Assembly (NCBI GenBank): GCA_965153355.1
Contig: OZ231126.1
Location: forward strand, 40,548,001-40,612,000
Reading direction: 5' to 3'
DNA length: 64,000 nucleotides
DNA from: Flaccisagitta enflata
Lineage: Eukaryota
Shown: one piece after another, positions 27,095-52,524 of the stretch
Numbering within the stretch: the stretch's first letter is position 1
Layout: each line of letters opens with the position of its first letter
The notes under the pieces: model-generated
The model's input: the letters and a program-made list of their open reading frames with translations, nothing else
Database searches by the model: none
Told to the model about the DNA's origin: nothing
Position numbers and translations under genes: made by a program

Positions 27095-27204
27095 CTTTCT
27101 TTCTTTTCTTTCTTTCTTTTTTTCTTTCTTTCTTTCTTTCTTCCTTTTTTCTTTCTTTCTTTCTTTCTTTGTATCTTTCTTTCTTTCTTTATCCTTCCTT
27201 TCTC

Positions 27205-27267
<63 letters not shown>

Positions 27268-27298
27268 CTCATTCTTTCTTCCTTTTTTTCCTTCTTTC

Positions 27299-27338
<40 letters not shown>

Positions 27339-27437
27339 TTCTTTCTTTCTTTTTTTCTTTCTTTCTTTCTTTCTTTCTTTTTTCTTTCTTTCTTTCTTTC
27401 TTTGTATCTTTCTTTCTTTCTTTATTCTTCCTTTCTC

Positions 27438-27477
<40 letters not shown>

Positions 27478-27545
27478 TCCTTCTTTCTTTCTTTCTCTCA
27501 TTCTTTCTTCCTTTTTCTTTCTTCCTTTCTTTTGTTTCCTTCTGT
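26845..27545. repeat. (TTTC)n pyrimidine tract
   Basis: Direct reading of the sequence. Confidence 0.95.
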
Positions 27546-27736
27546 CTCTTATTCATTTATTCTATTTTTTTATTCTTTTTCCTAAATCCGTTTTTTTATT
27601 TGTTTCTTGTTAAGTTTTCTTTTTTTCCATTCTCTCTTTCTAGATATCCTTCTTTGTTTCTTCCTTCTTCCATTCTTTGTTTTTCTCTCTCTCTGTTTCT
27701 TTTTTCCCTTTCATTTTTTTCCCTTTTTCTTCTCAT

Positions 27737-27944
27737 TTTTTTTAGTCGCGTGCACGCGACTCTACAACCCGCTTTGTCCGTCGGTCGGTCGGTCGGTTGG
27801 TTGGTCGGTCAGTCCGTCACACTTTACTTTTCTTTATAATTTTATTTCTTGGACAACACTGCTCCTGTCCAAATGGTCCGGTGACCTCAAATATGGCCCC
27901 TGCCCACCCACACGCGACTTCGGTAGCTGTGAATCCGCACTTGT
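27737..27944 (+). mobile_element. DINE-1/HINE-like element
   Basis: T-run AGTCGCGTGCACGCGACT, (GGTC)n, CACGCGACT, 3' hairpin and CTTGTTT. Confidence 0.78.
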
Positions 27945-28334
27945 TTTTTTGCATTCTTGTTTTCTTTCTTTTCTCTCATTCTTGTTTTCTTTCTTCCTTT
28001 CTCTTTTATCTTTTCACTGTTATGTGCTATCTTGTTGCTAATGAATAACAAATGATTAAAGGGGGGAAAAGTGGACAACACCCACTTTCGTAGTATATTA
28101 ACGGATAATGAACGAAATGATTAAAATTAACGAAATAATGAGACACAATACTAAGAGTTAGATATGAATAAGCTAGTCATTGTTATATTTCTAGTTTGAT
28201 ATGTGCTATGACACCGATATTTGATATAGTTTCTAATCAGGGATATGAAAATGAAATGAAACAACAGCACTAGATCATAGGTTGTTGTGAAACGCTGCAG
28301 CACTTTGAGGTAAAAGTGCGGCAAAAGTGAGGTT

Positions 28335-28421
28335 GTCAAGCGAGGCCGTCAAACGAGGCCGTCAAGCATGGCCTGTAAGCAAGGCCGTCAAGTGAGGCCA
28401 TCAAGCGAGGCCATCAAGGCC
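28335..28421. repeat. 13-bp tandem repeat (GTCAAGCGAGGCC, about 7 copies) immediately 3' of the pPolB stop
   Basis: Direct reading of the sequence. Confidence 0.85.
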
Positions 28422-28433
28422 AAAAAAAAAACG

Positions 28434-39481
<11,048 letters not shown>

Positions 39482-39520
39482 CACAAAACCACTCAAGCCC
39501 ACACACCAACAAACCTACAA

Positions 39521-39667
39521 ATGTCATGTTATGTCATGTTATGTCGTGTTGTGTTATGTTTTGTTATGTCAAGTTGTATCATGTTATGTCGGGTTATGTC
39601 ATGTTATGTCATGTTGTGTTGGCTCATGTCATGTTGAGCTATGTCATGTCATGTCATGTTATGTCTT
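39521..39667. repeat. (ATGTY)n pentanucleotide repeat
   Basis: Direct reading of the sequence. Confidence 0.9.
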
Positions 39668-40460
39668 AGCATCTTTCACTAGGAGCTTGCCACACCACCT
39701 AATGAATCGAAGCTAAAAGCAAACAAGGCCTTGTAGACTAATAAGGACAAATGCGTTTCCCAACCAACCAACCAACCAACAAGCCTAGCCAGTTATAGAG
39801 GTGCTTTGTCGCACCTAAAAACCAATTACGTTTCCATCCAGAAAGTAGGTCATTTCTTTCTAGCCAGCCAGCCAACCAACCAGCCGGACAAAAAATACAA
39901 AACATTGGGGAGTTTTACGACCGAAAATTGGGTAAGGGGAGTGGCTCACAAAATGCACCAAAATACACCTACTCTGGTCCAAGATATGAACTTGTCTGTG
40001 TGACATGTCATGATATCATTACGTCACAGAGTGAAGTCTCATGGCGACCGCCATATCATACAAACAAAAGCAAAAAGTATGGGTATATTTTTCCTTCGTT
40101 CCCTCCCTTTCTTTGCATTCCATTCCCTCCCACCTTTTTATTCCTTCATCAGCTCCTGCTCCGCCCTCCCTCTCTCTCTTTCCTCCCTTTCTTCCTCCTC
40201 TCCCCTCTCTAAGCAAGAACAAGATTGTTTAGCAAGCTTGCCTAGTCCAAAACATCTGAAATTGATTTGCATAATGTAGTAGTGTGATTAAGAGCTATAT
40301 GACTAAAACAAGAATTGATAGCAATCAATTCAGCCTGGTGCCATCTGATTTTCATTTGCTTATTTCTAGTCGGTCCGTCAAACTTTACTTTTTTGGCAAT
40401 TACCGGTGATCATTGCATTACTGCTCCTGCCCACCAGCACGCGATTTCGGTAGCCGTGTA

Positions 40461-41026
40461 CAGGGTGATCAATCTCAACTGGCAAAAAGTATTAAGCTTT
40501 TACCCTTAAATGCATCATTTCACTAATCTGGAATCATTTGTCTCTTAAAGTACTATGTTTGACGTTTTTTGTGTCCAAATTTTATAAGTCTAAGATGAAT
40601 AGTTTGCCCTCAACATCAATTTGAAGTAGAACAAGTAATTTCACCTGTAGGTCAATAGATCTTTTTTATTCAAAATAATTTTTCTTTTAAATGCTCCCAC
40701 TGATTCAATAGTGGTCTCAAATGACAAAGATTCAAATCATGCTTCATTTGAGACCCATCTGACATCAGAAGTTGAGTCTATTCAGAAAAAAAAACAATCA
40801 ATGAAAAATTATAGTGAGAAAAACAAATTCATTGAGCTACAAGTTTGAATACTTGTTATTCTTCAAATTTATGCTGTGGGCAAAGTATTCATCTTAGACC
40901 TATGAAATTTGAATACAAAAATCATCAAACAGAGCACTTCAAGAGACAGGTGTTTCCAGATTAGTGAAATAATGCACATAACAGTAAAAGCTTAATACTT
41001 TTTGCCAGTTGAGATTGATCACCCTG
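40461..41026. mobile_element. Tc1/mariner-type foldback MITE, 566 bp, TA target duplication
   Basis: Perfect 43-bp TIR CAGGGTGATCAATCTCAACTGGCAAAAAGTATTAAGCTTTTAC, with TA on both sides. Imperfect inverted symmetry continues inward. Confidence 0.92.
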
Positions 41027-41287
41027 TATATGGCCTTGTTTCTCTACAAAAGGTTTGTCCGTCTGTCCATTTGTCCGTCGGTCCGTTGGTCCGACTGTCC
41101 GTTAATAACGCGCTGATTGGAAAGAGTAGAAAAGTGCATTCCGGCCCAATGTGTATTACTGTATTCGACTGTGCGTTGATGTGTGTATGTGCGTAAGGGG
41201 GGTATGGAAGGGGGTTTAGGCCCCTGCCCACCTGTCCGCGACGATATTGTATCCCTCCTTACGCTACGTTAATTTTTTGTCATGCTA

Positions 41288-41438
41288 GTTTTTAGTTGTG
41301 GACACGCAACTCTGTAAGAGGCTTTGTCCGTCCGTCCGTCGGTCCGTCGGTCCGTAATGATCGAGTCAAAAAGTGGGAAAACGCGCATTTCCGCCCCTGC
41401 CCACCTGTCCGCAACTTGGCCGTGTATCCGGCCTTGTT
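41288..41438 (+). mobile_element. DINE-1/HINE-like element
   Basis: TTTTAGTTGTGGACACGCAACT, (GTCC)n, GGCCGTGTATCCGGCCTTGTT. Confidence 0.75.
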
Positions 41439-42388
41439 CTAGAAATGCTAGCTTTGATACAAATTCTCTAAAGACGGAAAAAGATTTGTCATATTCCCCT
41501 TCTTCCTCTTTTTCAGCCTCCTTCCCTCCCTCTCCTTTTCTCCTCTTTTTCCGCTTTCTCCTTCTTCCTCCTTCCCCTTCCTCCTACCAACTTCAATGTT
41601 GTTTACCGGGGATCGTTTAAAACCACAATGACCAGCTGTCAAGCAAATACCAATCCATTCATTCTTTTATCATTACTGGTTTCCATTTCATAAAGCACAC
41701 GTAATTGCGCATAACAAAACACAAACACAAAGTGGGATAAACTCGTCGGTCAGTTTAACTTGAATTTGGAAAGAAGATCTCCTCTTAAAATATTGGAGGC
41801 ATACAGTTGGCGATGCTGGGGGGATGATACAGTAAGATAATGTTTTAACGAATACGCCTGAAACAAACTAAGAAAAACAAGGCCAAGTAATGGCTCATCA
41901 AGAAAATATGAACGTGCGTTTTCATAAATGAACGTTTTTCATGAATGAACGTTTTTTGGAATGAATGAATGAATGAATGAATGAATGAATGAATGAATGA
42001 ATGAATGAATGAATGAATGAATGAATGAATGAATGAATGAATGAATTAATGAAAGATTACATTGGTGCAGCTCTTTTGATGAAAGAGCCTCGGATTTTTT
42101 TAAAATTAAACGTTTTTGTCACCGACCAACCGACAGACAGAGACAGTTCGACTGAAAGGCACAGCCTCTTATAGATGAGCGTAGAAGCACAAAAAAAAAC
42201 TGTCTGGAATAAGAGATTTTGTTTGTCCGTTGCAGTTTTTTCCATTGATCGTTAACTGTGTTTGGCATAAGGGCAAGCCAAAGAAGCTTTGTTCCCCATT
42301 TTTACCAGCTGAATTAAACACACGTTTTCCATAGTGACGTCTAAAGTAGAAACTATTGATATCTTGAATTGGCATTCCGGGGGAACGC

Positions 42389-42455
<67 letters not shown>

Positions 42456-45044
42456 CCTTCCCCTTCCGTCAAGAGTCGTCGCGTCACATTTTTGCTTCTT
42501 TTTGCTACCGCATTTTTTTTCCACCTCAAGGATCAATTTTCCTAAAAAAAAAAAGAATGAAGCGCCAAAAGTTAGTAATTGAAAACAAAATTGCCTTACA
42601 ATTTCAAATCATGTTGACTTTTTGTCCAGTTGAATACAGTGGAGTGCAGTGCAGTGAATGACTTTCCGGACAAGAGGAGCCTTCCCCGAAGGGCCGATGG
42701 CCTATTAGATGGGGAGGGATATTGTTTCACCTATCATACTACTCAGTACCTTGGATTAGAATGTCCGGCGGTCGCATTAAGCTTGACCTCGATTCTATCC
42801 TTCAAGGGTATGGTTTCTTAACAATGTTACCCTCGGGTGATTTGTTGAGTTTTGGTAAAACAGTTAACAATCATTTGCCCTTAGCTATTTTGGTGAGCAG
42901 TAGTGTTTTGGGTTAGACTCAGTATGGATGTATGCTAGGTTAGTTTTGCTAAATGGAAAACTAGGAGTGATGCATGTAGTAACTAGTCAGTGAGGGCTCA
43001 CAAGGCCCTCTTCCATATTTTTAAGTTTGGGTATACTGAGGGATATTGTTCCACCTATCATACATGAGTTGATTTCCATATACCCGGGTATACATATGGC
43101 ACATTATCACTTTCATTTCCTGGCTCGAAAAGCTAAGATACAAGTCCCTGAGGTCAGGTAATGGGTGTTGAATTGGTCATGACGAACCTAAGTCTTCCAA
43201 ATGTGCCTGTGATTTGAATTAGAAATTAAGATTAGAATATGAAAAAAATAGCCATAGGAAAATCTAACAAAGTTTTATGAAAAAAGGCCATTGTATTCAT
43301 TTCATACCCCAGCAAAGCCACATCTCGCAATGAGCAGAGGCTGACATCCCTAATTTTACGTACCCGATTGCCAATGTTTTGTTATCTCTTTAAGCAGTAT
43401 TTTGTGGGTAACTTTCTCCTCTTGGCACTACACTTTTCTCAAGTCAGGTGCAACTAGAATTTGTTTGGCCAGCGTTTTCAACTGAGATTGTCATAAATTC
43501 AATCTCTTTTCTTCCGTTTTAATCTTGACAACGAGGGTTTTTGGCCAATTTCCATACAGCACCATTCCCAAGCAGTACAATACCTGCGGCCTCAACATAA
43601 CATCACGAACAAGAGCCTCTGCCACCTGTACTTGTAAAAATGTGACTGCAGTTATGTATAGCTGAAGCCTGTAGGTTAGGAAATAAGCTGGGTTTGAGCA
43701 CATCTAACATCTTACATCAAAGACTTAATCACAGCAAACATCAATTTTCAAACTAAGGTTCGACATACAAACTGATTCTGCCTGGAACTGCCCAAGGAAA
43801 TAATGCGATTTATGGAATTGTGATGGATGTCCCAAAATGTCACTCATGTTATTACGATGTTGGCTCTCTATTGTAAATACCAAAAAAAAAAAAAAAGGAT
43901 GAGGAAAAGAAGAGGAAAAGAAGACGCGGCGTTGCAGCCATCCTTAAAGACGGCGAAAATTGTCACAGCCAAAAAAAAAAAAAGGTTGCCCTTGTTGCCA
44001 TTATGATGGACGCCTTTGAATGTCGCAGGTGTTTGCCATCTTTGCAATTTCAACAGCAACCATTTTTTTTCTTTGTGCGAAGCTTTTAAGTGCTCCTAAA
44101 GGCCCAACACGCATCGTTAGCGAAAAAAGACAAAACCGTTTGCGCATTCTTTAAACAAGCCCGAAGGAATTGCTAAGCAAAGCTGCAAGCCATCCCCATT
44201 TTTCCTCCTGACGGGAAAAGATTTGTCCATTGAAACCATGGCAGCTATGTTGTATGCGTGTGGCTGTAAATTAACCTAGAGCCGCGGGTCATGTCTGTTG
44301 GTCACTTAGTAAGAAGGAATGCCGAATATGTATGGTTTATCTTTTTGCCTTTAAGGGGTGAATTTTTCATCAGTGTCTGTGGTATTTAGGAAGAAAGATT
44401 TGAAAGCGTACAAATCCCAGCGATTCCATTTTGAATATAGAATTTAACATGGGCTGCATGTTAATACTAATAGCATGAATCATAAAAAAAAGACAAATGA
44501 CGGCCGATTGGACAAAGATGTTATTAGGGACTACTCTCAGCGTAAGTTTATGCGTGTCGTCCGCCTTGTGGCTGGGATTCTGGCCTGTGACCGAGACCGA
44601 GACCGAGATTTGAATCTCAGATTGACTCCTGGAGGCTGATTTGGGCCTCGTGAATTAGATTTAAGCCAAGAAACTGGGGTTTAGATTCTGAGGCGGGGGA
44701 AGGGGGGGGGGCGTAGGAGGAGAAGGAGGAGGAGGAGGAGAAAGAAAAATTTCCAAGTGTGAAAGCGTAGTTCATCGGATCCTTTGGGGCTAATCAACCA
44801 TTTGGGCAGGGGCATTGATGCGAAATCTGGCGATAAATACCCAAAAAGGCAAACTGATACCGACCGACCAACCAACCGACCGACCGACCGACCAACCAAC
44901 CAATCGAACAAAAGACAGATGAACATAGCAGGTTGTATAGTCAGGTTATACACGCGACCTACAATGGATGGTGGGGGTCAATCATTGGATACAAAAAGGA
45001 CATTTCGGATTATGCTTAGCAGGTAAAGCTGGCGTCTGTTGGAT

Positions 45045-45265
45045 AACAAGGCCGGATACACGGTTAGCCCAGTCGCGTGCGGGTGGGCAGGGGCCATATT
45101 TGAGGTCACCAGAGCATTTGGGCAGGAGCAGTGCGGTCAAAAAATAAAAAAAAACATAAAAAAGTAAAGTGTGACAGACCTACCGACCGACCGACCGACC
45201 GACCAACCGACCGACCGACCGACGGACAAAGCGGGGTGTAGAGTCGCGTAGCACGCAACTAAAAA
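45045..45265 (-). mobile_element. DINE-1/HINE-like element (near full length)
   Basis: AACAAGGCCGGATACACGG..AGTCGCGTGCGGG..(GACC)n..AGTCGCGTAGCACGCAACTAAAAA. Confidence 0.8.
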
Positions 45266-45364
45266 TGAGGACAGTGCTTAACTTAACAGAAATGTGTTTA
45301 CTTCTGGATGCTGAAGATGAATGAGAAATGGAGGGAAAACGACCCAAAGTGGCTGGGAACATTC

Positions 45365-45424
<60 letters not shown>

Positions 45425-46413
45425 TAGACGGACAGACAGACAGACAGACAGACAAAACACGAGAGAGATAAACGATGACAATTCAAAGATAAAAACTCGG
45501 CGGAAAGAAAACTTTGAGAGAGTTCAGGAAGCGGGATGAATCTTGATTAGCTAGATGAAGAAAATTGTGTTTGTATAGAAAATGTTTTCTCCGTTTTCTC
45601 AGTTCATTGTCTCAATGAGGTCATAAGACAATAAAACACAATTGGGTGTTTGTACAGCAGGGCTCGAAGTAGTAATTCTTTTGAAATCAAAACATAAGGA
45701 CAATTAGATTATCACCAAATGAAATGAGTCTTTCGTATACTGTTTAACGTTAACTGCGATATTTCAGTTTTAGTGGGTCAGACTGATCTACCAATGGACC
45801 AACGGACGGACCAAAAGATCAACCTATACGCCAGAAAAGTGACTAATGAGCAAAAGACAGCATAAAGCAAAATAAAAATTGAGCAATTAGTTTCTTTTCT
45901 CCGTAGTAGGGCTACAGGAGAGTCGCTAGATAAGCGGTCAAGAGTATTGATGAACAGCAATGTAACAGTGATCATATTTAAGCAGACACTCATTGTAGCT
46001 TTAAAAAGCTGTAACTAGGGTAAAAATGGTCGAGTTGATGTGAAATTCAGGAAAAAGGTATCGCATGAAATGCATTTTAAATCCCAAAACGATGAGACCC
46101 TTTGAAATATGATTTAAAATCATATGAATTTTAATGGAATGTTCGTTTGAATATTTATGTGAGAGGCGTTGTAAAAATGACCTTTTTTTTTTGCGCCACA
46201 GATAGCAGAAGGAGCTGAGATGGAATCAAGATTTGATTTTTTTTTCTTTCCTTTTAAAACTCCATTGTGTGTGTGTTATCCAGTTGGGGCATGAAAATCA
46301 TCCGTCAAAGCGCTTGCAGCTGGATCGTGATTTACATATCCTTTTTTCGGTTCTTATTCAAAAGTTCAATTACCACACGTCCTATTTTTTTTTCGCGTTC
46401 GTTCGTTCATTCG

Positions 46414-46482
<69 letters not shown>

Positions 46483-46494
46483 TCGTTCTTTCGT

Positions 46495-46561
<67 letters not shown>

Positions 46562-47069
46562 CTCTTTCTTTCTTTCTTTCTTTATTTCTTTCTTTCCTTT
46601 TTGTTTTTCTTTTTTTTCCATCTTCCCATCTTTCTTCTCTTTTCTTTCAATCTTTCAATCTTTCTTTCTTTCTCTTTTTTTTTTCTTTTTTTTTATCACT
46701 AAATTTTTCTATCGCATTCCTTCTCAAATCTTTCTTACTTTCTCACTTTTTAAAATCTTTTTTTTTTCTAACTTTTTTTTTTCATTATTTTTTGACGCTT
46801 GCATTTTTCCTTTTCTTTGCACTTGTATTTTATCCATTCAGATGGTAAACAACAAATGATTCCATTGAGAGATTTTATGGTCCGATCTCGGAGGAATACT
46901 TATTTTAGTTTCTTCTTTCTGATTTGGTCTGTTTTTTACTTCATTTTATTCTTCGTCGTCGTCATCGTTGCGTCGTCGTCATCGTTGTCGTCGTCGTCGT
47001 CGTCATCATCGTTGTCCTTTGTCGTCGTCCACGTCTCAGGCGGAAGTCTGAGGGCGCGGGTACGTGCGC

Positions 47070-47162
<93 letters not shown>

Positions 47163-47233
47163 GCGTGAGTGAAAGGAAAAGAATGAAATCGCCTGGTGAT
47201 GAGAGAAGGAATTGTCGCATGATTGAGACCTAC

Positions 47234-47323
<90 letters not shown>

Positions 47324-47416
47324 ACGGACCGACCGAAAGACAGACAGACAGACAGAGAGTCAGACAGACAGGGACAGACAGACAGACAGACACACAGACA
47401 CACAGACAGTCAGACG

Positions 47417-47460
<44 letters not shown>

Positions 47461-48246
47461 GCAAGGCACGGAGACCAAGACGTAATCTCTGACATACATA
47501 ATGAGAAAGATATAGAATGATACAGAGATAGAGAAAGAAAAAAAGAGCGAGACAGAGAGAAAATGAGAGAAAATAAGAGAGGACGAATCAGAGCTGAGAA
47601 ATAAGACTGTTGATGAAATATTGAACAAACAAGCTTATAATATCTTTATCAGTCTACAAACATTCTATCATGAACAGCCTTTAGAAATGGGATCGCAGAA
47701 ATTTGGTTTTGTACTATTCATTTAAAACCGTTTGATTAATTCTAATCCAATACATTTCATGCTTACACAGGGAAGCAAGATTATGTAATTGATAAGAATG
47801 TAGAAACTCAGTGTGATTCAATCACTAACTGTGTCATATAATATGTTTATTCTCTGATATCGTGACTCGTAAGTCATTTGCGTGGTAACGAGGCATTTGA
47901 TGTCAAAATTGAGATGTTTCATGGAAAAAATTAATGCTACTGCCGTTTAGAAATTAGATGATGATTTCTGTAGGAGATGGACAATATTTCAACTCAAACC
48001 TAAACCAGCACACGGATGAAAGACTTTTGAGCACTGATGGCGTTAAATCCGGATATTCAAGAACGTAACTAAGACCATCCCATAAGACCTATTAATGGTA
48101 ACATCACATCATTTAAAAAAGTTCATAATCTTTTGTCATTTGTGTAAAGTGCTACTGACAAGAAAGAGTACCAGGTAAATGGTATCCCCGATCTTGCTGA
48201 GCTATCTGATCCTAATATTGTATTAAGTTCATGACATTTGCAGCTC

Positions 48247-48672
48247 TGAATCTTGAATCATGTATCATGAATCATGAATCATGCATCATGAATCATGAAT
48301 CATGAATCATGAATCATGAATCATGAATCATGAATCACGAATCTTGAATCATGAATCATGAATCATGAATCATGAATCACGAATCACGAATCACGAATCA
48401 CGAATCACGAATCACGAATCAAGAATCAAGAATCACGAATCACGAATCATGAATCATGAATCATGAATCATGAATCATGAATCATGAATCACGAATCACG
48501 AATCATGAATCATGAATCACAAATCATGAATTATGAATCATTAGTCATGAATCATGAATCACGAATCACGAATCACGAATCACGAATCACAAATCACAAA
48601 TCACAAATCACAAATCACAAATCACAAATCACAAATCACAAATCACAAATCATGAATCATGAATCATGAATT
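48247..48672. repeat. (GAATCAY)n heptanucleotide satellite
   Basis: About 60 units: GAATCAT, GAATCAC, AAATCAC. Confidence 0.95.
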
Positions 48673-49598
48673 ATCATCTTTCCACAAAGACAGACTATTC
48701 AAATCACGTGAATCGAGAAACCTCATTGTTATTGGCAAAGTTGAATGTGTAAAGAAAAATCAACATTGAATCAACACTCCTGGGCGGAGGTAAAAAGTTT
48801 AATCCATTTCAGATATTGGGGGAGAAAAGGAGAGAGACATTAGAAATACTGATGACAGATGAGACAAGGAAGGAGACATGAGATTTACAGGAAAATGAGG
48901 CAAAGATTGAGACATAGAAAATTAAAGGGAATGAGAAGGGGATAAAGAGACACATAATAAAAGCATTAGAGACAAGGATAACGACATAGAAAATAAAGGT
49001 GGATGAGACAAAGGTAGCGACGTAGAAGATAGAAATGGAAAGGTGTGGCGGAAAGAGAAAGTTGCAATAAAAAGTTCCGAAGCACAACAACAACCGATTG
49101 GAAACCGAAACAAGGAAAATAGGAACGCTTTCTTTCCACGGAGAACACACTTCCTCTGCGTCCCATTTTAGTTGCTCATTTCGCTCACAACAGTCACAAA
49201 GCAAATTTGCTCGGCTGTTCAGATTATGGCGTTTTACATTTTGTATTCTACGCAGTTTAACTCACTCCCTGCGTGAAATTGCTTTAGTACGCATTTTCAC
49301 CAAAAAAAAAAAAACTTGGCCAGCTCATCCAAATGACCAAATCTGACACTTTTGCCGATGTTCTTTTCCAGAGATCTGTTCAATGTAAGCTATCATATGG
49401 TATGTAACATTGAAGTGATGAAGTACATTTAAAGTTTTTCCTTCTCTGTTCACTTGAATGAAACATCTCTTTCAAATGAAAGAGCGACCAATGAGTATGG
49501 ACTACATAATCACAAGCACGCAACAATTGAAGCAAATAATATCCCTCAAATGGGAACACAACCAGATTAATTTTCAAAACTTCACGTGCACGCAACAA

Positions 49599-49681
49599 TT
49601 GAACAATGAACAATGAACAATGAACAATGAACAATGAACAATGAACAATGAACAATGAACAATGAACAATTGAACAATGAA
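49599..49681. repeat. (TGAACAA)n heptanucleotide repeat
   Basis: Direct reading of the sequence. Confidence 0.9.
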
Positions 49682-50929
49682 GGAAATGATATCCCTCAAA
49701 TGGGAACACAACCAAAGAATTGCGCGCGAATAAACAAAAACAATCTAAACCGCGACCGTAAAAAAAACAAGCAAGAATGACGCGGGCGTGAATTTCAATC
49801 AACGACTAATCAACGCAAGGTTGGATAACAATTTAAACAATGCACAACATTGCGCTGTCAGGTATGTTGCAAGCAAACGCCAGGAAAGTTTAGAATGTGA
49901 AACTTTAGCCTGTGTGCTGTCCGTGAAGTATGCCGCAAATGAAACTCCGGATGGCTAACGCTTTAGAGACATAACTAATCCTTGTTCTCGTAATGGACAT
50001 TTGACCCATTGCCTCAGGAATCAGTCAGTCTGAATGATTTCCTTTACCTGTTTACGATTTGTATGGACGACTCTTTGTAGCTTAATTTAATCATTTAAGC
50101 CATGTCTGGTAGGCTTTTCATATGCGATCCCCTTGAGGGACCCGCAGGGTGCTTTTGCTGATGGAGGCTCTTAAGAGTTTCTTTTTGAGACCCACGCGAT
50201 GTGAAAACGAAGCAAGAGAAGTTTTCTTTACCCCGTTTCTATTTCCCGTTGCTTCTCTGTCCATGTCTCAGGTTTCAGGAACCAGCATGCGTAATTTTCT
50301 TTTCCCCCTTTCCCGGTTCGTCGCATCGCCGCTTCTCTGTAGTGCAAGTTGCTCTTAGCACGTCACAGAACACTGCGTTTCATATTGGATTAACTCCTCC
50401 ATGGTCCTTATGGTCCTCAGAGGGAAAACACAAATCTCAAGATTGCTCGTTTGGGTACTGGGCAGCGGCCCGACAAGAGCCGATTACCGTTGCTTTCTTA
50501 AAGGGTAAACGTTTTTACTTCTTCTCTTTTCCTCATCTATTCTCCCCCCCCCCCCCCGCCCCCCTAAAGTCCAGACCCAAAGCATTATTTCCCACTTTGT
50601 AAGGGACAAGGGTAATGGTATAAAACCACTGCCGCTCGAAAAGAGAAAGGAAAAAAAAATAATCGGGTAGTGATGACTCGATGAAATCATAATTTCACCT
50701 GGATTTTCATATTTCTGGTTCAGAAATTAAAATCAACTTTGTCTCTCCTTCACATCAATGAATTCTAATTTCTTCAACAATTGAATTCATTATCTTTTTT
50801 TTTTTTTCATTTGCATATTCCTATTCTTCCTTTTTCACATTTTGATTTTTTAACTCCTTAGTTTTCCTTCCATGGTAATGGTGATGACGATGACGATCAT
50901 TGACGACGACGGTTTGAAATATTCTGTCT

Positions 50930-50960
<31 letters not shown>

Positions 50961-50970
50961 AATCGTATTT

Positions 50971-51125
50971 GTTTTTAGTCGCGGACTAGCGACTCTATGA
51001 GAGGCTTTGTCCGTCTGTCAGTCGGTCGGTTGGTCCGTGGTGATCGAGTCAAAAAGTGGGAAAACACGCATTTCCGCCCCTGCCCACCCGTCCGCGACTG
51101 ATATTGGCCGTGTATCCGGCCTTTT
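50971..51125 (+). mobile_element. DINE-1/HINE-like element
   Basis: AGTCGCGGACTAGCGACT...CCGCGACT...GGCCGTGTATCCGGCC. Confidence 0.75.
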
Positions 51126-51392
51126 TTTTCTTTCTTTCTATTTTGTCTTATTTGTGTTGTATTTTATTCGTCGGGAAAAAAGTCGAAGTCAGTCTTTTTG
51201 ACTTTTTGACATATTCGAGAGAAACATGGTTTTCATTTTCTTATTAGAAAGTTGAAAAACTTGATCGACCAAATGGGGCCTCTGATGAAATTGATAATGT
51301 AAGTAAATTTGATAATTCTCTTTCATTTGGCGCCAAGCAGAATGCTCTACAACACTTATTTTTTGCGCTATGATTTTTTAAAGATTTATCTA

Positions 51393-51773
51393 TAAACAAG
51401 GCTGGATAAACGGCCAATACCAGTTGCTGACAGGTGGGCAGGGGTGGAAATGCGCGTTTTCACACTTTCCAACTCGATCATCACGGACGAACCAACGGAC
51501 AAACCAACAGATGGACGGACGGACAGACGGATGGACGGACGGACGGATGGACGAACAGACGGACAGACGGATGGACGAACAGATGGATGGACGGACAGAC
51601 GGATGGACGGACGGACGGACGGACGGACGGACGGACGGACGGACGGACGGACGGATGGACGGACGGATGGACGGACGGACGGACGGATGGACGGACGGAT
51701 GGACAGACAGACGGACAGACAGACGGACGGACAGACAAAGCCTCTCATAGAGTTGCGTGTCCGCAACTAAAAA
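51393..51773 (-). mobile_element. DINE-1/HINE-like element with expanded (GGAC)n core
   Basis: Family termini flank a ~250-bp GGAC/GGAT tract. Confidence 0.75.
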
Positions 51774-52079
51774 CTCAAATTGAATTTTTTTCAATCTATC
51801 ATGATTTCAAGTAGGATCAATAAAAGAGTGTATTTATGTTTGTTTGAACATGCAAATACAAGAAAACATGTTTATGAGCATAGCTGCTCATCTGTGAGGG
51901 TGTTTTTGAGCATTTTAGCTCATTTAGCTCAGTATTTTTTTAATATTTCAAATGTGATAAGTGAATGAATATTTTGATACATGGTTAAGCAAGCAGATAC
52001 AAACTAGTCATCCAAGGATCGCAAATGGTCAGCGGTACCCGATGCCCTGCTTGGAGTGATTAGCTGAAGAAGCTGAGTG

Positions 52080-52421
52080 GGAGCAGGGCAGCGGCCCCAA
52101 AGGGCCGATGTCCTGTAAGACACAGGGGTGAATTTCCAGCCGTCCTTAGAGGCCTTGGTAGCAACTTTCCATGTTATTCAATAGGAATTTTGCATTTTTT
52201 CAATTTCTCGTCAATTTACCATGTTATTCAATAGGAATTAAGCATTTTTTCAATTTCTCATTAATTTACCATGTTATTCAATGGGAATTTTGCATTTTTC
52301 GCAATTTTCCTTAATTTTCAATGTTATTCAATGGGAAGTTTGTATTTTGTCAATTTCCCATGGGAATTTGAGGCTTGAGAAGCTTACGGCCTTTGAGCTC
52401 TTTGAGGCCGCTGCTCAAAAA
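52080..52421. mobile_element. Small inverted-repeat element with internal ~49-bp tandem repeats
   Basis: GGGCAGCGGCC ... GGCCGCTGCTC inverted motifs; four CATGTTATTCAAT(A/G)GGAA units. Confidence 0.55.
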
Positions 52422-52524
52422 GCATGTCAATGAGCATATCTGCTCATCTATGAGGGTGTTTTTAAGTATTCTTGCTCACTTAGCTCATTTAGCTGGGTTT
52501 TTTTCTGATTTTTAATGGGATAAA

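Noticed and set aside
26509-27585. Long K/E/R-rich and F/L/S-rich ORFs (330 aa, 208 aa) and the many SLSL/RERE/CVCV ORFs elsewhere
   Set aside because: They are translations of (TTTC)n, (GA)n and (TG)n microsatellites, which lack stops by composition.
46799-47495. Poly-Ser/Asp/Thr ORFs near a GC-rich patch
   Set aside because: Made of (TCG)n, (GA)n and (GACA)n repeats; could flank a promoter but there is no evidence for a CDS.
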